The translations under genes and the position numbers were made by a program. A model generated the notes under the pieces. The model did no database searches. It saw nothing but the letters and a program-made list of their open reading frames with translations, and was not told the origin of the DNA. A stretch of 64,000 nucleotides of DNA from Eledone cirrhosa (lineage: Eukaryota). Of this stretch, positions 14,111 to 27,529 are shown piece by piece. The stretch covers positions 132,246,001-132,310,000 of the forward strand of contig OZ024745.1 in the NCBI GenBank assembly GCA_964016885.1, read 5' to 3'. How positions within the stretch are numbered: position 1 is the first letter of the stretch; the number at the start of each line of letters is the position of its first letter.

Positions 14111-14196
14111 AAAAGAGTTAGATGCTACACTAACTATATGGGCTACCTTATACACACATACGCACACACACACACACACGCACACACGCGAACACA

Positions 14197-14285
<89 letters not shown>

Positions 14286-14309
14286 ATATACAGAGTATAC
14301 GTAGTCACA

Positions 14310-14830
14310 GATATACACCCACGTAGATATGGGCCTCGATGTAGCCAACAAAGAAGTTGGCATAGCTCGAGCCTAGTCTGGGTCCCAAGAGGAAAACCTA
14401 TTGAGGGTCAGAACAAACTCAACAAGACGGAGAAGTGTGGAAGTACTAGGAGAAGGTATAGGGTAAGGTCTAAAAAGTGTCGCAGAGCGCAGATGCCGTC
14501 AACCTGAAAGACGATGGTATATACTATATACCATCGTATATACTATATACTATATAGAGAGGTGGTGTCCAGGGTGAAGAGAAGGTGAGAGGGGTCAGGA
14601 GAAAAGTTGAAAAGTCTAAGTGCATGATTGGTGTCGTGGATGTGGGAAGGAAGGTCGGCGAGAGGAGGGTATCGAGATATTCTGAGATGATTTCGGTGGG
14701 GGTAGTTACAGGCGGAAACAATAGAACGGCCGGGATTATTAGGTTTATGTATTTTGGGGAGGAAGTAGATGGTGGGTGTGCGAGGGGTGCGTACTAAAAG
14801 GTTGAGCCTATGGAGGCAGGAGAGAGGGAG
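14310..14830 (-). mobile_element. Penelope-like element (PLE) reverse-transcriptase remnant, probably Neptune-like
   Basis: Across frameshifts: PRTPTIYFLPKIHKPNNPGRSIVSAC / PTEIISEYLDTLL / LPSHIHDTNHAL..LLFTLDTTSLY / GICALRHFLD / STSTLLRLVEFVLTLNRFS / GSSYANFFVGYIE, all characteristic PLE RT motifs. Confidence 0.88.
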
Positions 14831-15434
14831 GGAGGCAGAGAAAGTACGATAGACAGACCAATAGTTAGCTAGAGATAATGATAGACATAATACAATCTCG
14901 TTTGAATGCATAAAGGAAAGGTAAACGCACTCAATACGGAAAATAGAAGATATATAATTATGTTACAAGCTGGGATCGTTTCATCTTGGAAACTGAAAGT
15001 TTCACACAGCTGATGCTCACAGAATTCTATATAAACGGGAATATATAATTATAATTATACACACAATTCCCAGTTTAACTGTTTCACTTCGTCTTGTGAT
15101 GATATCGCAAATTTCCAATATAGAGTCTATTAAGCTGACTCGTTTTAGATATTCTCATAATGAAGATATATAGACAGATGTGGCTAGAAGCGTAGAGATG
15201 TGAATGAGTGTGTAGACGTGCAGAGAAGTAGATAACTAAGGACAAACAATGGCTGCAGGGTGGACAGTAGAGGATACTCGTGTACGAGTAGTAATATATA
15301 AGGACACACACAGACCACACACAGAGACACACATAGACACACACACACACACATACACACACAGAGACTCACGCAGAAACACACGCAGAGACACACAGAC
15401 ACACACACATACCACACACACACAGGCACACGCA

Positions 15435-15509
<75 letters not shown>

Positions 15510-15834
15510 CACACACACAAACACACACACATAGACACACGCAGACACACATACAGACACACTCACAGACCACACACACACACATACACACTCACACATG
15601 CACACACACAAATACACGAACACGCACACACACACACTACATAAAGATAAAGAAAAAGGTAAAATAGATGGCGTAAATGGAAGAAACTCAAAGCAAAATG
15701 TGTCACCAATATCGTACTTAAGTGAGATGTAGATATCTGGCCCGTCTAAGAAATCAGTAGCCCTGTTTCAGTACAGATTTGGTCTATATAGATACGTCAA
15801 ACCCTTGCTAGCAATGAAAGTGTACGTTAGTTAG

Positions 15835-15874
<40 letters not shown>

Positions 15875-15944
15875 TATCAAAAGTATATATTGAGTTAGAA
15901 ACTCAGAGTAGTCCCTTACAGTTAAAATATATGCATATATATGT

Positions 15945-16315
15945 AAGAAAGATGATAAAAGGGCTCGAAAAGCGCACCTGGTATATATATAAAAAAGGGT
16001 CTTTATGACATGTACACAAAATGGATGTTAGTGAAGCTTGCTTTCTCGGTGTTTTGGTTTTCAAAACATAATTTTTTGATTAAATTATCCTTTCATTCTA
16101 TCCTTACTAAAAGATAGAAAGGACCCAAACCACACAATCGTAAAACAGTCTGCAGGAGTCTGAACGAAAGAACAATTCAACCTGAGAAGGAATGATTTGA
16201 AAGCCTAACAACAGAAAGCAATCTTTGCTAACACCAATTATTTAGGCATGTTAAAAAGATCCTTTTTATATATACCAGGTGCGCGTTTTGAGGTCATTAT
16301 TTTATCTTCCTTATA
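15945..16315. repeat. Degenerate ~370-bp fold-back (palindromic) element
   Basis: Outer arms gcgcacctggtatatatataaaaaagggtc / gatcctttttatatataccaggtgcgc; centre tcctttcattctatc...gatagaaagga. Confidence 0.7.
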
Positions 16316-16516
16316 TAACGTGATCTGAATAGAACGTTTTCTAACGACTACACTTTTTTCACTATATATACACACGCAAAATGGAACCGATAAAGCAACA
16401 CGCGGGAAAGATACAGTACAATGAATATATATATATAAGTTTAACGTATATATATGCGTACGTAAGTAGCTATTTATATATATTTACACATACATACACA
16501 TGCACACACACACACA

Positions 16517-16590
<74 letters not shown>

Positions 16591-17286
16591 CATGTATGTA
16601 TGTGTGAGCATGCATCTATATATGTATATATGTGTTTGTATGTTTGTATGTATGTGTCTGTGTGTGTTTGTTGACAAAGTAGCACAACTTATCCAGCTGT
16701 TTAGCATAAAACATATTTCGTTATACAGCAATAATGTCCTTAAATTGTATTTGTGAGTACAATTTTCTAATTTGTTTCATCCCCCCAATGACATCAATCC
16801 TCGGCACATCTGGGCATGACTCTTACAAAAGTGTCTTATCTCAGTATTATTTTAGCTTTGTACTTTAGTAACAGTACAATATTCTTTACGAAACTGTCAC
16901 AAATGAATTTGGGAATTTTATTCGTTCTTATTTTTTACAGTAAAACATAACATTCCGTTCATGTTATGTAATAATTGATCTTCTACAAAGATAGAAAATT
17001 ATTGAGTGGTTAAACATGGTTCTTATCTCTTTTCTTATTGATTCTTCCGTAATTTAAGAATCTAATAAGGCCTTGTAAGTTGGGAGTATGCTAAAGATAA
17101 GAAAAACAATTATTTGATGCAACCATTAAAGGGCTGATAAGACTATGATGAGCATTAAAATTTCTAAAGCTGATAACATTATAGGAAGTAATGGAAATAC
17201 CCTAAAGCGTGTTACACAGAAAAACACAAAGACTCACATATACATATCTGTTTGTATATGAATATAGTGCACAGAACGTACGAACG

Positions 17287-17352
<66 letters not shown>

Positions 17353-17394
17353 TGTATGTATGTATATATATATATATATATATATGTTTGTATG

Positions 17395-17442
<48 letters not shown>

Positions 17443-17580
17443 TGTATGTATGTATATGTATATATATATGTGTGTGTGTGGGTATTGTTATATATATATG
17501 TATGTATATATATATGTATGTATGTATATGTATATATATATATGTGTGTGTGTGTGTGTTTGTATATTATTATATACATA

Positions 17581-18142
17581 AGGCGGTGGATTGGCAGTAT
17601 CGGTAGAGGGTCGGACGCCATGCTTTGAAGCATAGAGTTACCTCCCTGTATGATCTGAGTTCAAATGCCGCCGAGGTTAACTTAGCCTTTCATCCTTACG
17701 GGGTCGATAAAATAAAGAACCAGTAATGCACTGGATAATTGCTGGCCTTGTGCCTAAAGTAGAAACAATTATATATATATATATAATTGTTTGTACTTTA
17801 GGCACAAGGCCAGCAATTACCCAGTGCATTACTGGTACTTTATTTTATCGACCTCGTAAGGATGAAAGGCTAAGTCAACCTCGGCGGGATTTGAACTCAG
17901 ATCGTAAAGGGACGTAACTATGCTGGAATGCATGGCGTCCGACTCTCTACCGATACTGGTAGATTGGCAGTATCGGTAGAGGGTCGGACGCCATGCTTTG
18001 ACGCATAGAGTTATGGCTCTTGCCATTCTGAGTTCAAATCCCGCCGAGATTAACTTTGCCATTCATCCTTACAGAATCGATAAAATAAAGTACAATGATG
18101 TATTGGGTAATTGCTGGCCTTGTACCAAAAATAGAAACAACT
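17581..18142. mobile_element. Three adjacent SINE family A copies (+ 17581-17772, - 17784-17958, + 17960-18142)
   Basis: Each carries head, B box, core and tail; orientation alternates. Confidence 0.9.
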
Positions 18143-18160
18143 ATATACATATATATATAT

Positions 18161-18276
18161 ATAGGAACATGTATGACCCCGACGGCAGAGCTCAAGCCGT
18201 TTCGACGGCTATTTCAGTCCAGAAATAGCCGTCGAAACGGCTTGAGCTCTGCCGTCGGGGTCATACTTGTTCCTAT
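18161..18276. repeat. Near-perfect GC-rich hairpin, 55-bp arms, 6-nt loop
   Basis: ataggaacatgtatgaccccgacggcagagctcaagccgtttcgacggctatttc-agtcca-reverse complement, with one mismatch. Confidence 0.95.
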
Positions 18277-18352
18277 TACCCACTCTACTACCCTAAGTAT
18301 TGAGTACTTTGGTGTATTATGGTCCATCCGGTTCCTTACCACAATTCATTCG

Positions 18353-18410
<58 letters not shown>

Positions 18411-18659
18411 ATATCTAGGGAGGGCCATGTTGATATACTATTGCCAGATAAATATAGTGAAACACACTCACTGTTTGGTCTGAGTTGGTTTTCGCTTCAG
18501 TGTATATTTTATATATACGTGTGCATATATATCTATATCTGTAAATACATTATATATATGTATGTATATATATACTAGCAGAAAAACCACTTTTCTGCTA
18601 GCATATTTAGTGCGAATATTGATATGATACGTAAATTGACAAGTAAATTGTCTTCACTG

Positions 18660-18955
18660 GCGGCTCACCTAACCAAGTAACTGGTGATGCTCGTAAGGAC
18701 ACTTAGCTGTTGCAACACCTTAGCTTCGCCATCACCTGAGGTAACGCTGCGAGCGTGCTGGCTTGTCTAAAGAATTATTAGAGAGGTTTGCTAGTGCCCC
18801 TCACGATATCGTTATATTTTACTCTGGTAGCAGCTAGTTTTCCACCCCTTTCGCCTGTCTTTTCTTGTGTTTGGTCCTAGATGTGTGCATTACCTGCATG
18901 TGTGTTTTAATATTTTTCTTATCTCTTTCTCATGTTTTAAAACAATAAAATAAAA
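18660..18955 (+). mobile_element. 3' end of a CRE-like RLE LINE (degenerate)
   Basis: QVTGDARKDT*LLQHLSFAIT*GNAASVLAC resembles the TGDxRE..WL.QRLS.AI.RGNA C-terminus of CRE-type elements; followed by UTR-like sequence and AATAAA. Confidence 0.6.
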
Positions 18956-19099
18956 CTACATTTGTAACGGTATTTACACAACTGTGAATAAAATCGTAAT
19001 TGACAATATGCAGAGAAATTGAACAAAGACTGTGTTATACTTTCTCCTGTAACCCGTAAAGTATTCCATTATACATTTAAAAATTACGATATAATTTAT

Positions 19100-19177
19100 T
19101 TCCCGCCGAGGTTAACTTTGCCTTTCATCCTTACGGGGTCGATAAAATAAAGTACCAGTAATATACTGTGATAATTG
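19100..19177 (+). mobile_element. SINE family A fragment abutting the 46-bp array
   Basis: cccgccgaggttaactttgcctttcatccttacggggtcgataaaataaagtaccagtaatatactgtgataattg. Confidence 0.85.
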
Positions 19178-22100
19178 TTACACAGGAAATGATACACTGT
19201 AAACTAACAACAACCATACCATTGTCACTCATAAGTGATACACTGTAAACTAACAACAACCATACCATTGTCACACAGAAGTTATACACTATAAACTAAC
19301 AACAGCCATACCATTGTCACACATAAGTGACACACTGTAATCTAACAACAACATACCATTGTCACACAGAAGCGATACACTGTAAACTAACAACAACCAT
19401 ACCATTGTCACACAGAAGTTATACACTGTAAACTAACAACAACCATACCATTGTCCAACAGTAGCGATACACTGTAAACTAACAACAACTATACCATTGT
19501 CACACAGAAGTTATACACTATAAACTAACAACAACCATACCATTGTCACACAGAAGTGACACACTGTAAACTAACAACAACCATACCATTCTCACACAGA
19601 AGTTATACACTGTAAACTAACAACAACCATACCATTGTCACACAGAAGTTATACACTATAAACTAACAACAACCATACCATTGTCACACAGAAGTTATAC
19701 ACTGTAAACTAACAACAACCATACCATTGTCACACAGAAGTTATACACTGTAAACTAACAACAACCATACCATTCTCACACAGAAGTGATACACTGTAAA
19801 CTAACAATAACCATACCATTGTCACACATAAGTGACACACTGTAAACTAACAACAACCATACCATTGTCACACAGAAGTGACCCACTGTAAACTAACAAC
19901 TACCATACCATTGTCACACAGAAGTTATACACTGTAAACTAACAACTACCATACCATTGTCACACAGAAGTTATACACTGTAAACTAACAACAACCATAC
20001 CATTGCCACACAGAAGTGACACACTGTAAACTAACAACAACCATACCATTCTCACACAGAAGTGATTCACTGTAAACTAACAACAACCATACCACTGTCA
20101 CACAGAAGTGACACACTGTAAACTAACAACTACCATACCATTGTCACACAGAAGTTATACACTGAAAACTAACAACTACCATACCATTGTCACACAGAAG
20201 TGACACACTGTAAACTAACAACAACCATACCATTGTCACACATAAGTTATACACTGTAATCTAACAAGAACCATACCATTCTCACACAGAAATTATACAC
20301 TATAAACTAACAACTACCATACCATTGTCACACATAAGTGATACACTGTAAACTAACAACAACCATACCATTGTCACACAGAAGTTATACACTGTGAATT
20401 AACAACAACCATACCATTGTCACACAGAAGTTATACACTGTAAACTAACAACAACTATACCATTGTCACACAGAAGTGACACACTGTAAACTAACAACAA
20501 CCATACCATTGTTACACAGATGTGACACACTGTAAACTAACAACTACCATACCATTGTCACACAGAAGTGACACACTGTAAACTAACAACAACCATACCA
20601 TTGTTACACAGATGTGACACACTGTAAACTAACAACAACCATACCATTGTTACACAGATGTGACACACTGTAAACTAACAACTACCATACCATTGTCACA
20701 CAGAAGTGACACACTGTAAACTAACAACAACCATACCATTGTTACACAGATGTGACACACTGTAAACTAACAACAACCATACCATTGTCACACAGAAGTG
20801 ATACACTATAAACTAACAACAACCATACCATTGTCACACTGAAGTTAAACACTGTAAACTAACAACAACCATACCATTGTCACAGAGAAGTTATACACTG
20901 TAAACTAACTACAACCATACCATTGTCCAACAGAAGCGATACACTGTAAACTAACAACAACCATACCATTGTTACACAGATGTGACACACTGTAAACTAA
21001 CAACAACCATACCATTGTCACACAGAAGTGATACACTGTAAACTAACAACAACCATACCATTCTCACACAGAAGTGACACACTGTAAACTAACAACAACC
21101 ATACCATTGTCACACAGAAGTGACACACTGTAAACTAACAACAACCATACCACTGGCACACAGAAGTGACACACTGTAAACTAACAACTACCATACCATT
21201 GTCACACAGAAGTGACACACTGTAAACTAACAACAACCATACCATTGTCACACATAAGTTATACACTGTAATCTAACAAGAACCATACCATTCTCACACA
21301 GAAATTATACACTGTAAACTAACAACAACCATACCATTGTCACACAGAATTTATACACTGTAAACTAACAACAACCATACCATTGTCCAACAGAAGCGAT
21401 ACACTGTAAACTAACAACAACCATACCATTGTGACACAGAAGTTATACACTATAAACTAACAACAACCATACCATTGTCACACAGAAGTGATACACTGTA
21501 AACTAACAACAACCATACCATTGTCACACAGAAGTTATACACTATAAACTAACAACAACCATACCATTGTCACACAGAAGTGATACACTGTAAACTAACA
21601 ACAACCATACCATTGTCACACAGAAGTTATACACTATAAACTAACAACAACCATACCATTGTCACACAGAAGTGATACACTGTAAACTAACAACAACCAT
21701 ACCATTGTCACACAGAAGTTATACACTGTAAACTAACAACAACCATACCATTGTCCAACAGAAGCGATACACTGTAAACTAACAACAACCATACAATTGT
21801 CACACAGAAGTTATACACTATAAACTAACAACAACCATACCATTGTCACACAGAAGTGACACACTGTAAACTAACAACAACCATACCATTCTCACACAGA
21901 AGTTATACACTGTAAACTAACAACAACCATACCATTGTCCAACAGAAGTGACACACTGTAAACAAACAACAACCATACCATTGTCACACAGAAGTTATAC
22001 ACTATAAACTAACAACAACCATACCATTGTCACACAGAAGTTATACACTGTAAACTAACAACAACCATACCATTGTCACACAGAAGTTATACACTATAAA

Positions 22101-23823
22101 CTAACAACAACCATACCATTGTCACACATAAGTGACACACTGTAAACTAACAACAACCATACCATTGTCACACAGAAGTTATACACTATAAACTAACAAC
22201 AACCATACCATTGTCACACATAAGTGACACACTGTAAACTAACAACAACCATACCATTGTCACACAGAAGTTATACACTATAAACTAACAACAACCATAC
22301 CATTGTCACACAGAAGTTATACACTATAAACTAACAACAACCATACCATTGTCACACAGAAGTGACACACTGTAAACTAACAACTACCATACCATTGTCA
22401 TACAGAAGTTATACACTGTAAACTAACAACAACCATACCATTGTCACACAGAAGTGACACACTGTAAACTAACAACAACCATACCATTGTCACACAGAAA
22501 TGATACACTATAAACTAACAACAAACATACCATTGTCACACATAAGTGACACACTGTAAACTAACAACAACCATACCATTGTCACACATAAGTTATACAC
22601 TGTCAACTAACAACAACCATACCATTGTCACACAGAAGCGATACACTGTAAACTAACAACAACCATACCATTGTCACTCAGAAGTGACACACTATAAACT
22701 AACAACAAACATACCATTGTCACACATAAGTGACACACTGTAAACTAACAACAGCCATACCATTGTCACACAGAAGTTATTCACTTTAAACTAACAACAA
22801 CCATACCATTGTTACACAGAAGTGACACACTGTAATCTAACAACAACCATACCATTGTCACACAGAAGTGATACACTGTAAACTAACAACAACCATACCA
22901 TTGTCACACAGAAGTGACACACTGTAAACTAACAACAACCATACCATTGTCACACAGAAGTTATAGACTGTAAACTAACAACAACCATACCATTGTCACA
23001 TAGAAGTGACACACTGTAAACTAACAAGAACCATACCATTGTCACACAGAAGTGATACACTATAAACTAACAACAACCATACCATTGTCACACAGAAGTG
23101 ACACACTGTAAACTAACAACAACCATACCATTGTCACACAGAAGTGACACATTGTAAACTAACAACAACCATACCATTGTCACACAGAAATGATACACTA
23201 TAAACTAACAACAACCATACCATTGTCACACATAAGTGACACACTGTAAACTAACAACAGCCATACCATTGTCACACAGAAGTTATTCACTTTAAACTAA
23301 CAACAACCATACCATTGTTACACAGAAGTGACACACTGTAATCTAACAACAACCATACCATTGTCACACAGAAGTGATACACTGTAAACTAACAACAACC
23401 ATACCATTGTCACACAGAAGTGACACACTGTAAACTAACAACAACCATACCATTGTCACACAGAAGTTATACACTGTAAACTAACAACAACCATACCATT
23501 GTCACATAGAAGTGACACATTGTAAACTAACAACAACCATACCATTGTCACACAGAAGTGATACACTATAAACTAACAACAACCATACCATTGTCACACA
23601 GAAGTGACACACTGTAAACTAACAACAACCATACCATTGTCACACAGAAGTGACACACTGTAAACTAACAACAACCATACCATTGTCACACAGAAGTTAT
23701 ACACTGTAAACTAACAACAACCATACCATTGTCACACAGAAGTGACACACTGTAAACTAACAACAACCATACCATTGTCACACAGAAGTTATACACTGTA
23801 AACTAACAACAACCATACCATTG
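19174..23823. repeat. Tandem satellite/minisatellite, 46-bp unit, ~101 copies
   Basis: Consensus gtcacacagaagt(t/g)a(t/c)acactgtaaactaacaacaaccataccatt; aaactaac recurs at 19201 and 19247; no unique spacers. Confidence 0.97.
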
Positions 23824-24192
23824 CTACAGACACACAAAACGAAAACACGAAATACAAACGTATAACTCATTAGAAATCTGAGGAAGTAAAAATGAAAATA
23901 GACGAAAGTAAATGCAGAAAACTAGAAAAAAGTTACTAAAGAACGAAATATGAAATATAATACTTCACAGAAGAATAAAAAAACACTAATTAGCAACATC
24001 AAAAGTTTGAACAACACCCACATAATATCAAAACTCCAACAAATATTAAACAAATCAGCCAAGACACAGTAAAATATCTTAGTGGCCGCTATGTGTTCCT
24101 AGAAATAACATTAAAAACTTCAAATTACGCCATAGTGTCTTAAAATAGAATTTGTACATTCGATAATTAAATGCGAGATATATTATGTTTAA

Positions 24193-24460
24193 CGGCAGCG
24201 AATTGGTAGAGTGGTGAGAACGTCGGGCAGAATGGCAGAGGGGTGAGAACGTCGGATAGAATGGCAGAGGGGTGAGAACGTCGGATAGAATGGCAGAGGC
24301 GTGAGAACGTCGGATAGAATGATAGAGGGGTGAGAACGTCGGATAGAATGCTTTGTCATATTTATTTCAGCTCTCTACTCTCTGAGTTCAAAATCCGCGT
24401 CAACTTTACATTTCATTTTTTCGAGGTCGAGAAAAACCTTCCAGTCTAGTACTGAGAACG
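24193..24460 (+). mobile_element. SINE family A relative with 29-bp head segment amplified about 5x (24209-24350)
   Basis: gaggggtgagaacgtcggatagaatggca repeated, then gagttcaaaatcc and a diverged core. Confidence 0.75.
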
Positions 24461-25049
24461 ATTCTTCTTCAATATCTCTTTCTTACTTCTATATTTCTTT
24501 CGCACTTTCTCTTTCTTACTTTCTATCTTTATCTGTAAGAAATCTACTGTAGTCAGGCCTAAAAAGGGATGGATCCGCCAGGCTTGAAATACCCAAATGT
24601 CATATGCCATTGCAGCGCCCTTACGACTCCATCAGGAGTTACAGGACTATACCTAGCTCTGCTTCATCAGAATTTACCTCACATTAAGCCTCACAACATT
24701 TACTTATTCTATATATAAAACGAAATAATAGCAATATCTTTACAACAGCCAGATGCAACACAGCATAGAAAGTAAAGCGATATACCAACATACTGTAGAT
24801 CTCTCAGAGTTATATTTTTAGTCATTAAACAGTCAAACTACATACAAACAACACTTACAAATTAGAGAGAACAAGTAACCTAACCAGTACACACACCGTA
24901 TCCTCGGGCCATTTATAGATTCCAATCAAAATACTCAAACAGAAATATTACTTGGACATCTGAAAAACATTGCCTTTTGCCAGACCAAGATACCTGCTGT
25001 TACTGACTCAATCACCCTCATGTACTCAAACACTTAAGAGCACTATTAC

Positions 25050-25450
25050 AACAGGAATCAGCACGCCTGAGGCTAAGTTTAGCGTGTATTGAAGAGCGAT
25101 TTCATCTCATTCAGTCGGCCTTTTTCTGCAGGCAGCCGTTCCACTTGAGGGAATAGTATTCCATTGTGAGTCTTGAGCTATGTAGAGAGTTAATAACTGT
25201 TGGGAGATGAAATATTTCCGAGTCTTAAAAAGGACTGTTTAATCTGGTCAGCTCTTCGCATGATGATGCCCCTGGGATCACTGACCTAGGAAGACCTCAG
25301 TCTCATCAAGCAAGATGAAGAAGAACCTGAAAAGAAAGGCCGGGCTTTGTGGGGCAGTTTTAGCTGTATTAGATGAGAGCTCGGCAAAAGAGATCATTGT
25401 GTAGTGTGCGACATAGCATTTGTAGGGACTTTGTAAAATTATAAGCAAAG
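25050..25450 (-). mobile_element. Highly degenerate CR1-like LINE 3' ORF2 remnant
   Basis: Fragmentary minus-strand similarity to the CR1 C-terminus (FP...WNxLP...LF) and raised GC; heavily frameshifted. Confidence 0.35.
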
Positions 25451-26511
25451 CAGACTGCTGTGAATTGAATCCAGAAAATAAAGATACATGACTAAATACA
25501 ACTTAGGTTTTTGTCCAGCTGTTTTTTCAGGCCTAGTAAAAAGGAAAATATTGGGACAGAGACATTTTGTGATTAAAACAACTACAATTAAAACAATAAC
25601 ACAATCAACAATTAGTGTATGTAATTATGGTTTATGTGTCATATCGAAGGATGAACATCAAAGTCAAATCAATTAGTCTTTCGGTTGAAACCGTGATGAG
25701 GAAAAAAAATGAAACAATGCTCTAAAGACCTTGTCACTTTATTGGCCTTCACCAAAATCTATATTAAAACTCATTTACTTTTTAAAATTCCAATTCTTCT
25801 TGAGTGGAATAATCAAAGTGATGAAGTAGGTACTACAACAACTTAATTATATTTAGTTTTCTTTAAAAATAAAACGATTACCATTTATATACCTCAAAGC
25901 GTATTTTTCCATAATTTAAAAAAGTAACAGAACAAAATGAGTAATGAATATAAAGATAGATCTTCATACACGGTAAACAGAACTATTCAACAAATTCAAC
26001 AATGCCTATAATAGAACCAATAAAAATATTGATATCAGGAAAATGTTGCATTTGTTTTACAATTTTACAATTTTTGAAATTTTACAATTTTTAAAATTTT
26101 ACAATTTTTCGAAATTAAAATTTTCACTTTAGTAGAAAATAATTTAGGAAGAAAATAATTTTGTAAAAATGTCACATTCGCCTCGATTACTTTGTAAATG
26201 ATAATGAGTTCATTTCTATTTTGACTGGTTCCTAGCGGCGCCATTCTCGTGGAAAGAAATATTTTGTTTCTGAATTCTATGGAGCTATTGATCTTTGTTA
26301 TGAAATTCTTGCTACTATTCTAACCTCTTCTCAGACATTCTGATGCCTGATGTATACATACTTCAGAATTGGAATTAAAGATATATACAAGGATTATAAG
26401 TACATTTTGTTTCCTATTTGATAACTGTGGTTAACAATCACATGATTACTTGTTATATCAATTGGTACATCTTGTGTGTCTTGTGACAGTTTTCATTTTC
26501 TATATAGCATA

Positions 26512-26931
26512 CTTTAATTTTCAAATAATCGCCACCCCCCACTTATTAGTTTTTTCAGATCCCCATTCCCTCCCACTTTTATTTTATCTCCCACCCGGCT
26601 TATTAAATTTTGCTAATCTATCCACTACGGAATTTTATTTTAAGTGGTAACATTCCTGCGATAATTAATTTTCGTTATACATTAAAAAACATTATAAATG
26701 ACTAAAAAATATATATTACTAGAAATCCCATAAGTTTTAAAATAAATAGGATGGGTTGGGGTCTCAATATGTAAATAAATGGCTAATTCTGGTTTAAAAA
26801 AAACCCAAAAGGGGACAACCTAGAAAAATTACCAATACCCCATCCCATCGTTTATTTCAGCCCACTGCTTATTCCAACCCCCATGGTTATTCCACAACAC
26901 CCTGCTTATTCTACTATTTTGGACCTGAGAG
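26512..26931. mobile_element. Possible Tc1/pogo-type MITE
   Basis: TA-flanked, weak TIRs (ctttaattttcaaataa / tattttggacctgagag) and about six internal ccc..cttatt-like motifs near both ends. Confidence 0.45.
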
Positions 26932-27529
26932 TACAAATTGTAAATATAAACTTTAGATTTTGTTCCGGTTTTGGGCGCAAAAGAAACTACAATGGTTTCA
27001 GTTTTATTTGGTTCGGTTTAATAGAACGTCCAACGCCTGATCAAAGTACTATAGTCATTTCAATTTGTCATCACTATTAGAAGAGCAAGTGTTAGATAGT
27101 AATTTTTAAAATTATATCCTGATCTGAATATTGTTTACTATGAACATGAGCTGTGAGCTATTTGTACAAACTACAATATAGACAATAAAAAACATTAATC
27201 GGCGACGATAAATTCTTTTTTTAAATAATTCTAATTTATTCCAATGAGTGTACATTCTCGTCCACTCGCTATTTAATGATTCTCTCATCAGGGAATTCAT
27301 AATTGTTTCTACTTTTGGCACAAGGCCAGCAATTATCCCAGTGCATTGCTGGTACTTTATTTTATCGACCCCGTAAGGATGAAAGGCAAAGTGGTGAATT
27401 CATAATAACAGTAAAACATCCTCGAAGGTTTCTATCATACATGCTGAAATAATTAAAATGATATTAGTCATTGACTTATATTAATTCTTTCCTCGCTGCA
27501 CAATTATATCTAGTTGGCTGCCCATTGTA

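Noticed and set aside
14965-15025. Additional hammerhead on minus strand (also near 2485, 15765, 58770 and 59236)
   Set aside because: Only one half of the core is present, or stems I and III cannot be formed.
19174-23823. CRISPR array
   Set aside because: Units are contiguous and near-identical with no unique spacers, there are no cas genes, and the context is eukaryotic.
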